This document shows, piece after piece, positions 39,979 through 53,098 of a DNA stretch of 64,000 bases. Made by a program: the position numbers and the translations under genes. The stretch's first letter is position 1; the number at the start of each line of letters is the position of its first letter. This DNA comes from Octopus sinensis (lineage: Eukaryota): assembly GCF_006345805.1 (NCBI RefSeq), contig NC_043002.1:90644001-90708000 (forward strand). Direction: 5' to 3'. The notes beneath the pieces were generated by a model. It was given only the letters and a program-made list of their open reading frames with translations, was not told the DNA's origin and made no database searches.

Positions 39979-40211
39979 CTTATTTCTTTATTGCCCACAA
40001 GGGGCTAAACATAGAGGGGACAAACAAGGACAGACAAAGGTATTAAATCAATTAGATCGACCCCAGTGCGTAACTGGTACTTAATTTATCGACCCCGAAA
40101 GGATGAAAGGCAAAGTTGACCTCGGCGGAACTTGAACTTTGAACGTAACACCAGACGAAATACCGAGAAGCATTTCACCTGGCGCGCTAACGTTTCTTCC
40201 AGCTCGCTGTC
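39979..40211 (-). mobile_element. SINE family B (tail 1)
   Basis: 13-bp TSD gctaaatatattt at 39966-39978 and 40212-40224. Confidence 0.88.
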
Positions 40212-41425
40212 GCTAAATATATTTTTTACAATAGCAAACTACCAGCTTTGGTAATTGATCAGTCCATGTATAGTTCGTGAAATCTCTTGAGTGTCGAACA
40301 CAAATCAGTTTGAGACCATGAGAGAACCTCTATGCAATCACTTGTTCTAGCTGAAATAGTAGCCACATCTACCTCAAATCACATCTTGCTGTCTTAGAAA
40401 TGTTGGAGACAGGTGTTTGTTGACCCGGGAAAAAAATCAGACAGTCATAGTTTAACACTTTTAAATATAGGTTTGCTTCATCAGAGTTGATCTAAGATTA
40501 GACGACAACTATAGCCACAAATATCTTTTATCTTTTTCCTGTTTCAGTCATTAGACTGCATCTTTGCTGGGGCACTGTCGTGACGTTTTACTCAAATAAA
40601 TTGACCCCAGGACTTATTTTTTAAACCTGACACTTATTCTATTAGTTGCTTTTGCTGAACTGTTAAGTTACAGCGATGTAAATACATCAACACCAGTTGT
40701 CAAATGGTGATGGGGGCAAGCACAGACACACAGATACACACATAGGTATATATACATATATATATATAAGATGGTCTTCTATCAGTTTCTGTCTACCAAA
40801 TCCACTCACAAGGCTTTGGTTAATCCAAGGCTATGATAGAAGAGACTTACCCAAGGTGCTGCACAGTGGGACTGAACCCGGAACCATGTGGCTGGGAAGC
40901 AAGCTTTTTACCACACAGCCACACCTGCACCCATGTTATTTCTCTTCCAGTATCTTTTGTCCTTTGTTTTTCTATCTTTTACTTACTTCAGTCATTGAAC
41001 TGCAGTGATGCTGGGACACCACCTTGAAGGGTTTCAGTGAAAAAAAATCGACCCATGTACTCGTTTCTTTTTTAAAGACTGGTAGTTGTTCTACTGGTTC
41101 CATTTGCCAAACCACTATGTTATGGAACATAATCAAAGCAACACCAGTGGTCAAGCAGTGATGGTGGTGGGGGAACAAACACAAACACAATGTCCTTCTT
41201 TCTCTCTCACACATGCACACACACACACACACATATATGCATGCATACACACACATGCACGTGCACACTCACACACACACACACATATACACGATGGGCT
41301 TCGATCTGTTTCCATATATATAAAATCCATACACAAGGTTTTGGTTAGCCTGAGGCATCTGCCAAAAGTGCAATGTATTGAGATTGAACTCAAAACCTTG
41401 TGGTTGGGAAGCAAACTTCTTACCC

Positions 41426-41657
41426 ATTTCTTTATTACCCACAAGGGGCTAAACATAGGAGGGACAAACAAGGACAGACATAGGTATTAAGTCGATTACA
41501 TCGACCCCAGTGCGTAACTGGTACTTAATTTATCGACCCCGAAAGGATGAAAGGCAAAGTCGACCTCGGCGGAATTTGAACTCAGAACGTAACGGCAGAC
41601 GAAATACCGCTCAGCCTTTCGCCCGTCGTGCTAACGTTTCTGCCAGCTCGCCGCCTT
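41426..41657 (-). mobile_element. SINE family B (tail 1), young, nested in an old SINE-A
   Basis: Full head AAGGCGGCGAGCTGGCAGAAACGTTAGCACG; cttacc at both junctions. Confidence 0.88.
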
Positions 41658-43357
41658 ACCACACAGTCATGGGTGTTCCTATAATCCATATATTCTGATT
41701 TCTTTTTAGATTCCATTACAACAGCTGCTAATTAAAGTGACTTCTGATTTAAGACTTTTAGATTCAACTTATTTGTTAATATGTAAATCAATTCATGCTG
41801 TTTAGCTTGAAATCAGGCATATCATTCCAGATTGATGTGAATTGAAGTTTGTTAAGCTCAGTGCCAACCTCCTGTTGTTAAACATGATGTTAACTATACA
41901 TTGTCTAGGCTTGGTGCCAAGTGCAAGTCATTGAGCTTGATGTTAATACCAAGCTGGTAAATTTCGGTAGATAAAACGAAATGCTGGTGATAATATCTAG
42001 TTCAGGGATTCTCAACCATTTTATTTACATACGAACCCCTTTCATTCCTATTTTACTTGGGCAGACCCTCATAGCCCTTTGATGTTTTATATTTTTATAA
42101 TTAAATATTATTTGGAATTGCTTAAAAAAAAATTAAGATATTTGGTGTATCGAGGAAGTGTAAACAATTTATTGCACATAAATTATAACAAATCGAAAAA
42201 AAAAATCTTTTATTGACCCCTAAAAGTCATAATAACCCTGGTTGAGAATCAGTGGACCTAACTGATAAGTTTTCTGGTAATACTTGGTTGAAAGCTGATA
42301 TCAATTCTTAGATGTTCTACTCAACAGAACATGACTTCAATTCCCTTTACTAAATTTTACTCTGGCTCCAGATCTTATTCATTGTTCTCATCTTTCTGAC
42401 ATTATCTATCTTCCTGCTAGCAATTCACTGGGGCACAAGTCTGGGCAAGATTGTTTTGTGGATGATCAGCAGTAACCCATGCATACCAGTCTCCCCTCTC
42501 AATGCCATCAATGTTATCTAAGGGAAAGGCAAAGACCAATATAGTTTGGCATGTCTGATGTCGCAACTCATTTCTACAGCTGAGTGAACTGGAGCAATGT
42601 GAAAATAAAGCGATTTTCTCACGAACACAACACACAGCCCAGTCCAGGAATTGAACTCACTGCCTCATGATTGTGAGCCTGACACTCTAACCACTGAGCC
42701 ATGTGCCTTCACAGCAATCACATAAACTCCCTCTTAATGTTGATGGTGGTAACAGTGATGTCAAATATAAAAATAAAGTTCAAAGATGAATGAAGAGGAG
42801 GGGGAAAGAGGAGGAGAGATAAAGCTAAATTTCAAAGGAAGGCGAAGAAGGAACTACAGATGGGTGTTTTAAAAATATAGGGATAGCATTATATTTTAAG
42901 CAAGTCTAAATTTGGTATTTCTCTATGAGATTGAGTGCAAGTTTTGTTGCAAAAGCAGTATTTGTATTGTATTTGGGTGGGTGGGGGTGGATGAACCTTT
43001 TATTGCCTGTTTAATTTTTTTACCTGTTTTTAGGGTATAGTAATGTGGTATTCACTTTCATTATTGAAAGTTTTTTTTTTCTGTTGTTACATAATAAATT
43101 TAGAAATTTGGCAGTCGTTATGGTATGGCATGTGTAGTTACTTAGGAATCTGAAGAATCTGGCTTTTTTAAAAAACAAGAAAGAAAAAAAATATTTCTGT
43201 TGGCCAGCACACTTAGAAATCTCTTATTGCAACTTTAGAAGTGATAATATATAAATTAGTGTGTGTGCGTGTGTGTGCATAATATATCTTTGTGTTATGT
43301 ATATATATGTGTGTGTGTATATGTATATATATATGTGTGTGTGCATGTGTAAGTATA

Positions 43358-43445
<88 letters not shown>

Positions 43446-43667
43446 ATATACACACATGTGCCACACATACAGAGAGAGAGAGAGAAAGAAAGAAAGAGAA
43501 AGAGAGAGATAGCGTATTTACTAAGTGAGATAAAAAGTCATGGTCGAGTATTGAGAATCAGTACAATGAAACCATTTAACAAATCATTATGAAACCTTCA
43601 CCTTTGAACTGAGAAATTTTTTGCTTTGTTTTTAGTTGCTGTTAGAAAACTTAGTAGAACCTTGTAC

Positions 43668-44079
43668 ACTCTCTTTTACTCTTTTACTTGTTTCAGTCAT
43701 TTGACTGCAGCCATGCTGGAGCACCGCCCACCTTTAGTTGAGCAACTCGACCCCGGGACTTATTCTTTGTAAGCCCAGCACTTATTCTATCGGTCTCTTT
43801 TGCCGAACCGCTAAGTTACGGGGACGTAAACACACCAGCATCGGTCGTCTAGCAATGCTAGGAGGACAAACACAGACACACAAACACATACACACATATA
43901 TATATATACATATATATGACAGGCTTCTTTCAGTTTCTGTCTACCAAATCCACTCACAAGGCATTGGTCGGCCCGGGGCTATAGCAGAAGACACTTGCCC
44001 AAGATGCCAGGCAGTGGAACTGAACCCGGAACCATGTGGTTGGTTAGCAAGCTACTTACCACACAGCCACTCCTGCGCT
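43668..44079 (-). mobile_element. SINE family A, full length, young
   Basis: Near-identical to 19556-19958 in inverted orientation. Confidence 0.9.
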
Positions 44080-44355
44080 TATATTTAATTTTTCACTGTT
44101 TTCCTAGGCCATTACATCTCCACATGTGAGTACATAGTCATGTGCACATGCACTGTCACAAACTATCTTAGGTGGCCATGGAGAGATTTTTAATTCAATA
44201 ATAATGAAAGTTGTTATTAACAAAATAATTAGTGACAAGGTGTTGTTATATAGGTTCAATCTTGGTTGAATTTTGTAGCGGTGTTGGTATGGTGAAGTTT
44301 TGGATGTGGTGGAGCAATATAGAATGAGGTATATATTTCTTAACAGAAGAATACC

Positions 44356-44588
44356 TATTTCTTTATTACCCACATGGGGCTAAACATAGAGGGGACAAAC
44401 AAGGACAGACATAGGTATTAAGTCGATTACATTGACCCCAGTGCGTAACTGGTACTTATTTAATCGACCCCGAAAGGATGAAAGGCAAAGTCAACCTCGG
44501 CGGAATTTGAACTCACAATGTAACGGCAGATGAAATACCGCTAGGCATTTCGCCCGGCGTGCTAACGTTTCTGCCAGCTCGCCACCAT
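44356..44588 (-). mobile_element. SINE family B (tail 1), 3' part of the tRNA-SINE chimera
   Basis: Full B sequence ending TAATAAAGAAATA next to the TSD at 44341-44355. Confidence 0.9.
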
Positions 44589-44601
44589 AAAAGCTATCAC
44601 C

Positions 44602-44673
44602 TGCGTCAGCCGGGAGTCGAACCCGGATCAACTGCTTGGAAGGCAACCATGCTAACCGTTACACCACCGACGC
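44602..44673 (-). tRNA. trnG-TCC: tRNA-Gly(TCC) sequence, probably a retroposed copy
   Basis: GCGTCGGTGGTGTAACGGTTAGCATGGTTGCCTTCCAAGCAGTTGATCCGGGTTCGACTCCCGGCTGACGCA: 72-nt cloverleaf with TCC anticodon, A and B boxes, several G:U pairs, no CCA, and TTTT after a 9-nt trailer. Confidence 0.85.
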
Positions 44674-44968
44674 TGACAGAAGAATACCATGTGTGTATAA
44701 GTGATATTTGGTGTAGTGAATAGGGAGCACACAGAAGGGGTTGGTGTTTTACAGTGAGACAGTGTTTGGAATGAAAGACTGCTTGTAATATTTTAATATG
44801 TTTGTGTGCATATGTATGTGTGTGTGTGTGCATTAGCCAGTGTATGTATATGTGTGAGTGAGTGTGTGTTGCAGAGGTGATCTAGGAAGCTGAGAATGAG
44901 GGGAAGTAAAATAGATGATGTGGAAGTAAGGAATTACTGGAGTCTAGAATGCCTCTAAGTCAATGTCT

Positions 44969-45027
<59 letters not shown>

Positions 45028-45469
45028 GGAGGGAGAGAGAGAGAGAGAGAGAGCATTTAATAATCATACACAGGTTCTGCAATGCCACTGATTGGTGTTG
45101 TTGATGCTTAGCTCTCTGATCATGCAAAACTATGGTCAAAGGTATTCCAACTATGACCATTCCATCTTTTTATACATCTAAGACTATTGTTTACCATATT
45201 TTTTATTCCTATTAAGACAATAAGATGTAGAATTAGGGAAGTTTGGCTAATATTTGTTATCAGGTTGAATGACTATACAGAGCAAAGGGTCTCAACAATC
45301 TTTTACCTATGGACCCTTTGATTTCTATTTTACTGTGCTGGACACTCATAGCCACTCGATGTTAAAAAAAAAGCATATTTTTAAAACTAAATATTATTAG
45401 GAATTGTCTAAAACAATTAAGATATTTTGTGCATTGTAGAAGTATACGCAGTATATTGCACAGAAAATA

Positions 45470-46736
45470 GACTCTGTCAACTGCCAGTGGAGTAAGCCAC
45501 AGGTAGTATGGAGGTGGATGCACTGTGAGTGTTGCTGTGAGAATAAGTTAGGCTGAGCAAAGTTCAGAGAGCTCTTGCTTCCACTGGCAACAAGGAGCCT
45601 CTCTCTCAGAGTGAAAGGCAGATTGCATGATGCTTGTGTGCGAATAGCTATGCTACATTATTTCTTTACTGCCCACAAGGGACTAAACATAGAGGGGACA
45701 AAGAAGGACAGACAAAGGGATTAAGTCGATTACATCGACCCCAGTGCGTAAATGATACTTAATTTATCGACCCCGAAAGGATGAAAGGCAAGGTCAGCCT
45801 CAGCGGAATTTGAACTCAGAACGTAACGGCAGACGAAATACCACTAAGCATTTCGCCCGGCATGCTAACGTTTCTGCCAGCTTGCCGCCTTGACAGCTAT
45901 GCTACATGGCAGTGAAACATGGGCTGTGACAGCCAAGGACATGTGCAAGCTTGTAAGAAATGAAGCCAGTATGTTTCACTGGGTGTGCAATGTCAGTGTG
46001 TATGTTTGTCAGAGTGCAAACATCTTGAGAGAAAAGTTGGAAATAAGAGGCATCAGATGTTGTGTGCAAGAGAAACGACTGTGTTGGTGTGGTCATGTGA
46101 TGTATATGGATGAGGACAGCTGTGTAAAGGAGTGCCGATATCCAACTGTGAAAGGAACCGGTGATAGAGGTAGACCCAGGAAGACATGGGACGAGGTGAT
46201 GAAGCATGATCTTCAAACGTTGGGCCTCACAGAGGCAATAAATAGTGACTGAGACTGTTGGTGATATGCTGTGCCGTCAAGCCAAGTGAAATCATAGTCG
46301 TCACTGATGCTGGTGTCACATTCCTGGCACCCATTTTGGTGGCACGTAAAAACCTACTTTTGAGTGTTAGGCTTCATGGAGGCAAAGTGGCTGAGCTCCT
46401 TTTAAGGGTTCAGCCTCACGGAGGCAATGGCCATGATCTTTGGCATTATGTTGTGCTTGAGAAGAATCCCCATGAAGCCAAGCAAAACCACAGATATGGT
46501 AGATATCAGTGTCACGTAAATGGCACCCTTGCCAGTGTCACGTAAATGGCACCCTTGCCAGTGTCACGTAAAAGAACCCATTGCACTCTTGGAGTGGTTG
46601 GCATTAGGAAGGGCAGCCAACTATAGAAATCATGCCAAATCAGACTGGAGTTTGGTGCAGCCTTCCAGCTTACCAGCTCTGGTCAAACCATCCAACCCAT
46701 GCCAGCATGGACAACAGACGTTAAATGATGATGTGC

Positions 46737-46775
<39 letters not shown>
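45470..46775 (+). mobile_element. RTE LINE 3' ~1 kb (decayed ORF end + 3' UTR + (TGA)n)
   Basis: MLHGSETW..RLCWCGHV..RGRPRKTWDEVMKHDL peptide (45890-46252). Confidence 0.88.
45659..45892 (-). mobile_element. SINE family B (tail 1) inserted in the RTE
   Basis: TSD agctatgctacat at 45646-45658 and 45895-45907. Confidence 0.9.
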
Positions 46776-46776
<1 letters not shown>

Positions 46777-48039
46777 ATGTATATTCAAGAGAATTTTTAA
46801 TTAAAACTTTATTTCATGTTTTAATCACTTATTACATACTTGTATCCCATTCTTAAGTAACCCATGCCCTATCAAAATATTACCATGTCCTACCAATCTC
46901 CTTTGAGATTACCATGCCCATCTCCTTTGAGAAATGCTGCTATAACTAATGACGTGTGAATTCTGCACAAATTAGGAAATGGTAGCTAGTGAAATTTTGC
47001 ATATAGAATTATAAGCCTTCACTATATATTGACTATAAAAAATAGTCTAATATTAGCCCTGTGATGGAAAATCACCACCACTGCCACCACCATCATCATT
47101 GTCTCAGTGTTCACTTTCTCATGCTTGCAATGGTTAGACAAAATTCACTGAGGCAGACTTTTTTAACAGCTGGATGCCCTTCCTGTCACCAATCCACACC
47201 TGTTTCCAAGCAAGGTGATATTTCTTCTAGTCCATTGAATGAAAAGATACAAACATACATACTCACTCAAGTACTCATAAATACATACATACATACATAT
47301 GTACATACATACATACATACATACATACATACATACATACATACATACATACATACATACATACATAAATACATACATACATACATGCATGCATGTGTGT
47401 GCATGTGCACATATACATCTACCAAATGCACTTGCAAACGTTTGGTTGGTTCATAGCTACAGTAGAATCGCTTGCCCTAGATATTGTGCAGTGGGACTTT
47501 GCATAATGTTGTGATACTCCTCAACCACACAATCATGTATGTATGTATGTATGTATGTATGTATGTATGTATGTTTGTATGTATGCATGCATGCATGTAT
47601 GTATGAATGTATGTATGTAGGTATGTATGTATGTATGTATGTATGCCATAAATCAGTTTTATTTCAAGATTTCTTGCCAGAGGAGAAAGAGCTGGTTTCT
47701 AACCTAGATCCGAGGGTCCTTATGTATGTATGTATATATGTACGTATGTATGTGTTTGTATGTGTTTGTGCATGTGTGTGTGTATGTCTGTCATTTAATT
47801 CCTTTCTCAACTCTCTATATTTGCATGCAGATATAGTTGCATATTGAAACTATTATCTTGCGTGAATGTGCTTATGATTTCAATGTATGTTGCTCTGATA
47901 TACATGTATATATATATATCCAACAAATAACGTGAGTTGATGGGTATTTCCTGCATCAGCTTCACATAGAAGCCCCAGCCCATCCACAGTTCTTGGATCA
48001 CAGGACAGCCTGCTATGCTTAGCTTGGATCGTACAGCGA

Positions 48040-48431
48040 CCTGCTGTACTTGAGGAGACCTATTGAGTCAAGTACATCAACATCAAAATATCAAATGGAA
48101 ATTGTAGTTGCGATACCTGTGCCAGTAGCACATAAAAAGCACCACCCGTACGTTGCTGATGCCAGTGCTGCCTTGACCGGCTTCCGTGCCGGTGGCATGT
48201 AAAAACCACCAACTGATCGTGGCCATTGCCAGCCTCCACTTGCATGTAAAAAGCACCCACTACACTCATGGAGTGGTTGCCATTAGGAAGGGCGTCCAGC
48301 TGTAGAAACACTGCAAGATCAGAATGGAGCCTGGTGCAGCCTCCTGGCTTCCCAGACCCCGGTCAAACCATCTAACCCATGCTAGCATTTAAAACGGATG
48401 TTAAACGATGATGATGATGATGATGATGATG
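48040..48431 (+). mobile_element. RTE LINE 3' UTR copy
   Basis: Single-copy relative of the unit amplified at 27471-29560; (GAT)n tail. Shorter tails at ~4445-4637, ~17170-17290, ~47095-47225, ~61335-61760 and ~63950-64000. Confidence 0.82.
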
Positions 48432-50140
48432 ATATAGATATATATTCATATATATTTGTATATGTATATATATATATATATATATAATATATATGTATAT
48501 ATATATGCATATGTATTTGCACATATCTGTAGATATATCTATCCTTTTCTATATTTATTTTCAAAAAAACATTCTTAATTTCATACACCTTTCTATCTCT
48601 CTTTCCTCCTCTGATCTCTTCCTTCTTTAGTCCTTACCTCCCCCTACTCTCTTTGTTTCTTATCTCCTCCTCCTTCTTTATATCCCATCTCTCCCTATCC
48701 CCATTTTTTTATCCAATAAACTCCAAAGAAGGCAATAACTATATATGTTTATGAATGTGTTTATTGCTGTGTACCAGAATGTAATTATGTGTGTGTGTGT
48801 GTGCATGAATGTAATGTAATCTATGTATGTGAGTGAGTATGTTTGTATATTATACTGTGTGTATACTCGTGTGCTATGCAGTGTATGCAATGCAATGCAT
48901 GTATGTATACATGCATGTATATATGATGCGTATGTGTGAAGTGAATGTAAGTTTGCATATTATACTATGTATGCTTGTATGTTATGCAATGTATTTAATA
49001 CATGCATGCATGTATGTACACACGTGTGTATACATGGTGTATATGTGTGTATGAGTATGCGTATGAGTGTGTGTGTGTCTGTGTATATACATACATACAT
49101 ATATATGTGTATATATATATATATATATTTATATATATGCATGTATTTAATCTATGTATGTGATTGTGTATAGTTTATGTAAATTCTTCAAGAATATATC
49201 ACTTTTTGCCTTCATATCAAAACTTAATATCAATTCTTATCTTTTTATTTACCATTTTCACCACCACCACCACCACCACTATAATCTAAGAATATTTTAT
49301 AATCCATATGGTGTTTTTCTGATTTATCACCAGTATGCAGAGACATGTGTGTATAATACTATAGACAGGCAAGAAACATTTGTCTAAAGTCCAATATTTA
49401 TGGGATTACAATGCAACTTGGATTTTATCGATTGGTATTGGATATATTTTTCATGTTCCATACTTTAGCAGTTGGTTCTTGTGATTCTCTACATAATTTT
49501 AATTTTATTCTTCCATCTTGCTTTGGTCCCCAAAATGTCATTATTGCAATTGTTTTGATAGAAATTTTATATACATTACAAGATTTAGTTAAGACAGTGT
49601 AAGCACCATTACATATTGAAAGAGAATGGTAAGGATGGTAAGGATGGTCGTTGATTAGGTTGGATGGCTGTTAGTTGTGGGAAGAAAGTTCTGGAAAATA
49701 GGAAATCTGAAGCTAGTGAGAGTATAGAGTTGGTGCAGCTGGAAAATGAATACTTTAGTCTAAAATCAAGGACTCAATAAAAAAGAAACGGAAAGAAAAA
49801 AACCCTAAAAACTAGAGTAAAAAAAAAAGAAGACAAAGTGCTTCTTACAATGCGAAAATGGTAAGTTAAATAACATTCATATATTTCAAGTTCAAAGGCC
49901 CATCATCAGAAGTGGACAGCTTAAAGAAATGTAAGTTTATGTAGATCCTACCATGTTGATTGGCAGAAATATATAAAGGTTACTTAACTTTCTCTTTTTG
50001 CATTGTTAGAAGCTCTCTGTCTTTAGTATTTATTTGTTATATTACTTCTGTATCACAATGCTTCAAGCAAACTACAATGCTCTTCCAAAAACAAAATATG
50101 TATCAATAATAAAGGTGACTTTTGAGAAAATATATCCTTA

Positions 50141-50372
50141 TACTCTTTGACTCTTTTACTCTTTTACCCGTTTCAGTCATTTGACTGCGGCCATGCTGGA
50201 GCACCACCTTTAGTCGAATCAAATCGACCCCAGGACTTATTCTTTGTAAGCCTATTACTTATTCTATCGGTCTCTTTTGCCGAACCGCTAAGTTATGGGG
50301 ATGTAAACACACAGCATCGGTTGTCAAGCGATGTTGGTGGGACTAACACAGATACACAACATATACACACAC

Positions 50373-50421
<49 letters not shown>

Positions 50422-50584
50422 TACGACGTGCTTCTTTCAGTTTCCGTCTACCAAATCCACTCACAAGGCATTGGTCAGCCCGAGGCTATAGTAGAAGACA
50501 CTTGCCCAAGGTGCCACGCAGTGGGACTGAACCCGGAACCATGTGGTTGGTAAGCAAACTACTTACCACACAGCCACTCCTGCT
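50141..50584 (-). mobile_element. SINE family A, full length
   Basis: Colinear with other A copies. Confidence 0.9.
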
Positions 50585-51025
50585 TCTTATTAGTTTCTCT
50601 TGTGTAAAGCAGAGAAGAAATGCATGTCCTCCTGGAAAGAATGCTTGTCTGCTGTATGTAATTTTCCCTGCTGAACTTAGTTCCTACACCCTTGATAGGT
50701 AAACAGTAAGAAATAAAGTGAAATTAAAGTCATTTCTTTATAACATCAGTTTATAGTTAGTTATCTTTTTTCTGTTAGGCATTTCACTATTTTGGGACAT
50801 GTTAGTGACAAATTTGCTTGATTAAGGCCGGTATCATCAACTGGGCTTGATAGTTGTACCATTTCCATATGATGCTGCTGTAGAACTTAATTTTCTATTC
50901 GTAGAGAGGAACAAATTTAAGAGTAAAAGTGTAAAACAAAATCTAACTAGCCAGATCTACCTCTCACACCTACCTTACAATATCATTTTTGAAAATGCAT
51001 GTTCACATCATCACTATCTTGAATC

Positions 51026-51413
51026 TGTGGAGGCGCAATGGCCCAGTGGTTAGGGCAGCGGACTCGCGGTCATAGGATCGCGGTTTCGATTCCCAGACCG
51101 GGCGTTGTGAGTGTTTATTGAGCAAAAACACCTAAAAGCTCCATGAGGCTCCGGCAGGGATGGTGGTGATCCCTGCTGTACTCTTTCACCACAACTTTCT
51201 CTCACTCTTACTTCCTGTTTCTGTTGTACCTGTATTTCAAGGGGCCGGCCTTGTCACTCTCTGTGTCACGCTGAATATCCCCGAGAACTACGTTAAGGGT
51301 ACACGTGTCTGTGGAGTGCTCAGCCACTTACACGTTAATTTCACGAGCAGGCTGTTCCGTTGATCGGATCAACCGGAACCCTCGTTGTCGTAACTGACGG
51401 AGTGCTTCCATCC
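51026..51413 (+). mobile_element. SINE family C (tail y), young, nested in a piggyBac-like MITE
   Basis: CpG-rich tRNA-like head GGCCCAGTGGTTAGGGCAGCGGACTCGCGG..GGTTTCGATTCCC; atcttgaa on both flanks. Confidence 0.88.
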
Positions 51414-52389
51414 ATCTTGAAGCTATCAAGACAATGTATAATTAACTGAAAACAATATGAATAAATAAGTATTACATTTGACAGAGTAATCTGAAGGCTA
51501 AAGACAGAATATTTTATTCCTTTGTTGCCCATCCACCTGAGACCTCTACCTCTGATTCTGTTATACCTGTCTACCTACTTGAGGCCACCACCCCTAATTC
51601 TGTGATGCAAATATACCTGTTTTAACCCTTTAAGATTGAGATTAATCTGTCATTATTTATCCTCATTGTTTTGAATTTAATTATACACTATCTTGTAGCT
51701 TGCTTTCAGTGACATAGTAGAGTAGGTGTGAGAGACCAGATCTGGCTGATTTGAACATAGAATACAGATAATATTTGGGACAGATATGGCCATTTAATAC
51801 TAAAGAATTAAAGTGTTCATATTTAAAACTTATCATCATAATTTTATTCAAGTAATTTTTAATTTTGTTCCCAAAACCACATTAATATTGATAAAGTTAA
51901 TTAATTCACTAAATTCTTTCAATTTTTTCATTACTTCCATAATTAATTGAAACATATAAGTAGAGCACATAATTAGAGATATAACCCATAAAAAAGGTTA
52001 AAGTATTTAGGAAAATAAACAATTAAAATCTCAGATTACATCAGATATAATTAGTGTCTGTCATATTAATTTTGCCAGTTAATGTCTGTAAAATACTAAT
52101 TTGCTCAATACTTTGATTATAACTCAGTTGATTAATTGATATACCTCAAGGCACATCTATGGTTGTGTGGTTTGCTTCCCAACTACATGGTCGTCTGGGC
52201 AAGTGTCTTCTACTATAGCCTCGGGCCTGCCAAAGTCTTGTGAATGGATCTGGTAGACGAAAACTGAAAGAAACTCACCATGTGTGTTTTGGTGCTTGTG
52301 AGTACCTTTGTCTAGACATATGATGGCTGTAAATGAGAATTATTGGCATAAAACTGATGTTGTTTGTTTCCAGTCTTCTGTGAGAAATA

Positions 52390-52598
52390 AGAGTGGGGTG
52401 CTGAAAAGTTCCTGGCTCTCATGGTATGTTGAAAGGCCTGGCTGGAGTTCTTTTAAAGGGTTTAGAAAAACTGAAGGACTGCTGCAATATATATGTGAAT
52501 CTGAGAGGGGAATGAATATGTTGAATAAAATCATAATTAAACTGATCCTCTTGTATTTTCTTTTACCCAATGCCAGGAACTTTTCAGCATCCCCTTGT
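52390..52598. mobile_element. Mariner-like MITE
   Basis: TIR GGGGTGCTGAAAAGTTCCTGGC / GCCAGGAACTTTTCAGCATCCCC. Confidence 0.78.
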
Positions 52599-52813
52599 GT
52601 GTTTGATCATGGGGAAATATTACCTTGATTGAAAATATGTGAGTGTTGGTGATAGGAAGAGCATCCAAATGTAGAAAATCTTCTTATAGAAGGAACTGTA
52701 GCTTCATTTAGGAATTTTCAGCTCATTTTCATTGTATTGTTTGTATACAAATAATACATAATATTAATTCAAAATATTTGTCATCTTTCTTATAAATGGA
52801 ACATGACCAATAT

Positions 52814-53098
52814 CATGTGATCGACCAGGCTATCAGATGTTGCTACACATCGCTGGTCACAATGCACTTTGCATTGTTTTAGCCTTCAAATGATGCCACC
52901 CTGCTGGCTAAGTGAGCAGGCCAACAGAAGAGTGAGAGAAAGTTGTGGTGAAAGAGTACAGCAGGGATCGCCACCACCCACTGCTGGAGCCTTGTGGAGC
53001 TTTAGGTGTTTTTGCTCAATAAACACTCTGGGAATTGAAACCGTGATCCCATGACCACGAGTCCGCTGCCCTAACCACTGGGCCATTGCGCCTCCACA
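52814..53098 (-). mobile_element. SINE family C (tail x)
   Basis: Perfect 15-bp TSD gaacatgaccaatat at 52799-52813 and 53099-53113. Confidence 0.9.

Noticed and set aside
51026-51100. tRNA gene
   Set aside because: It is the tRNA-derived head of SINE-C, continuing into SINE body, with no complete cloverleaf or terminator.
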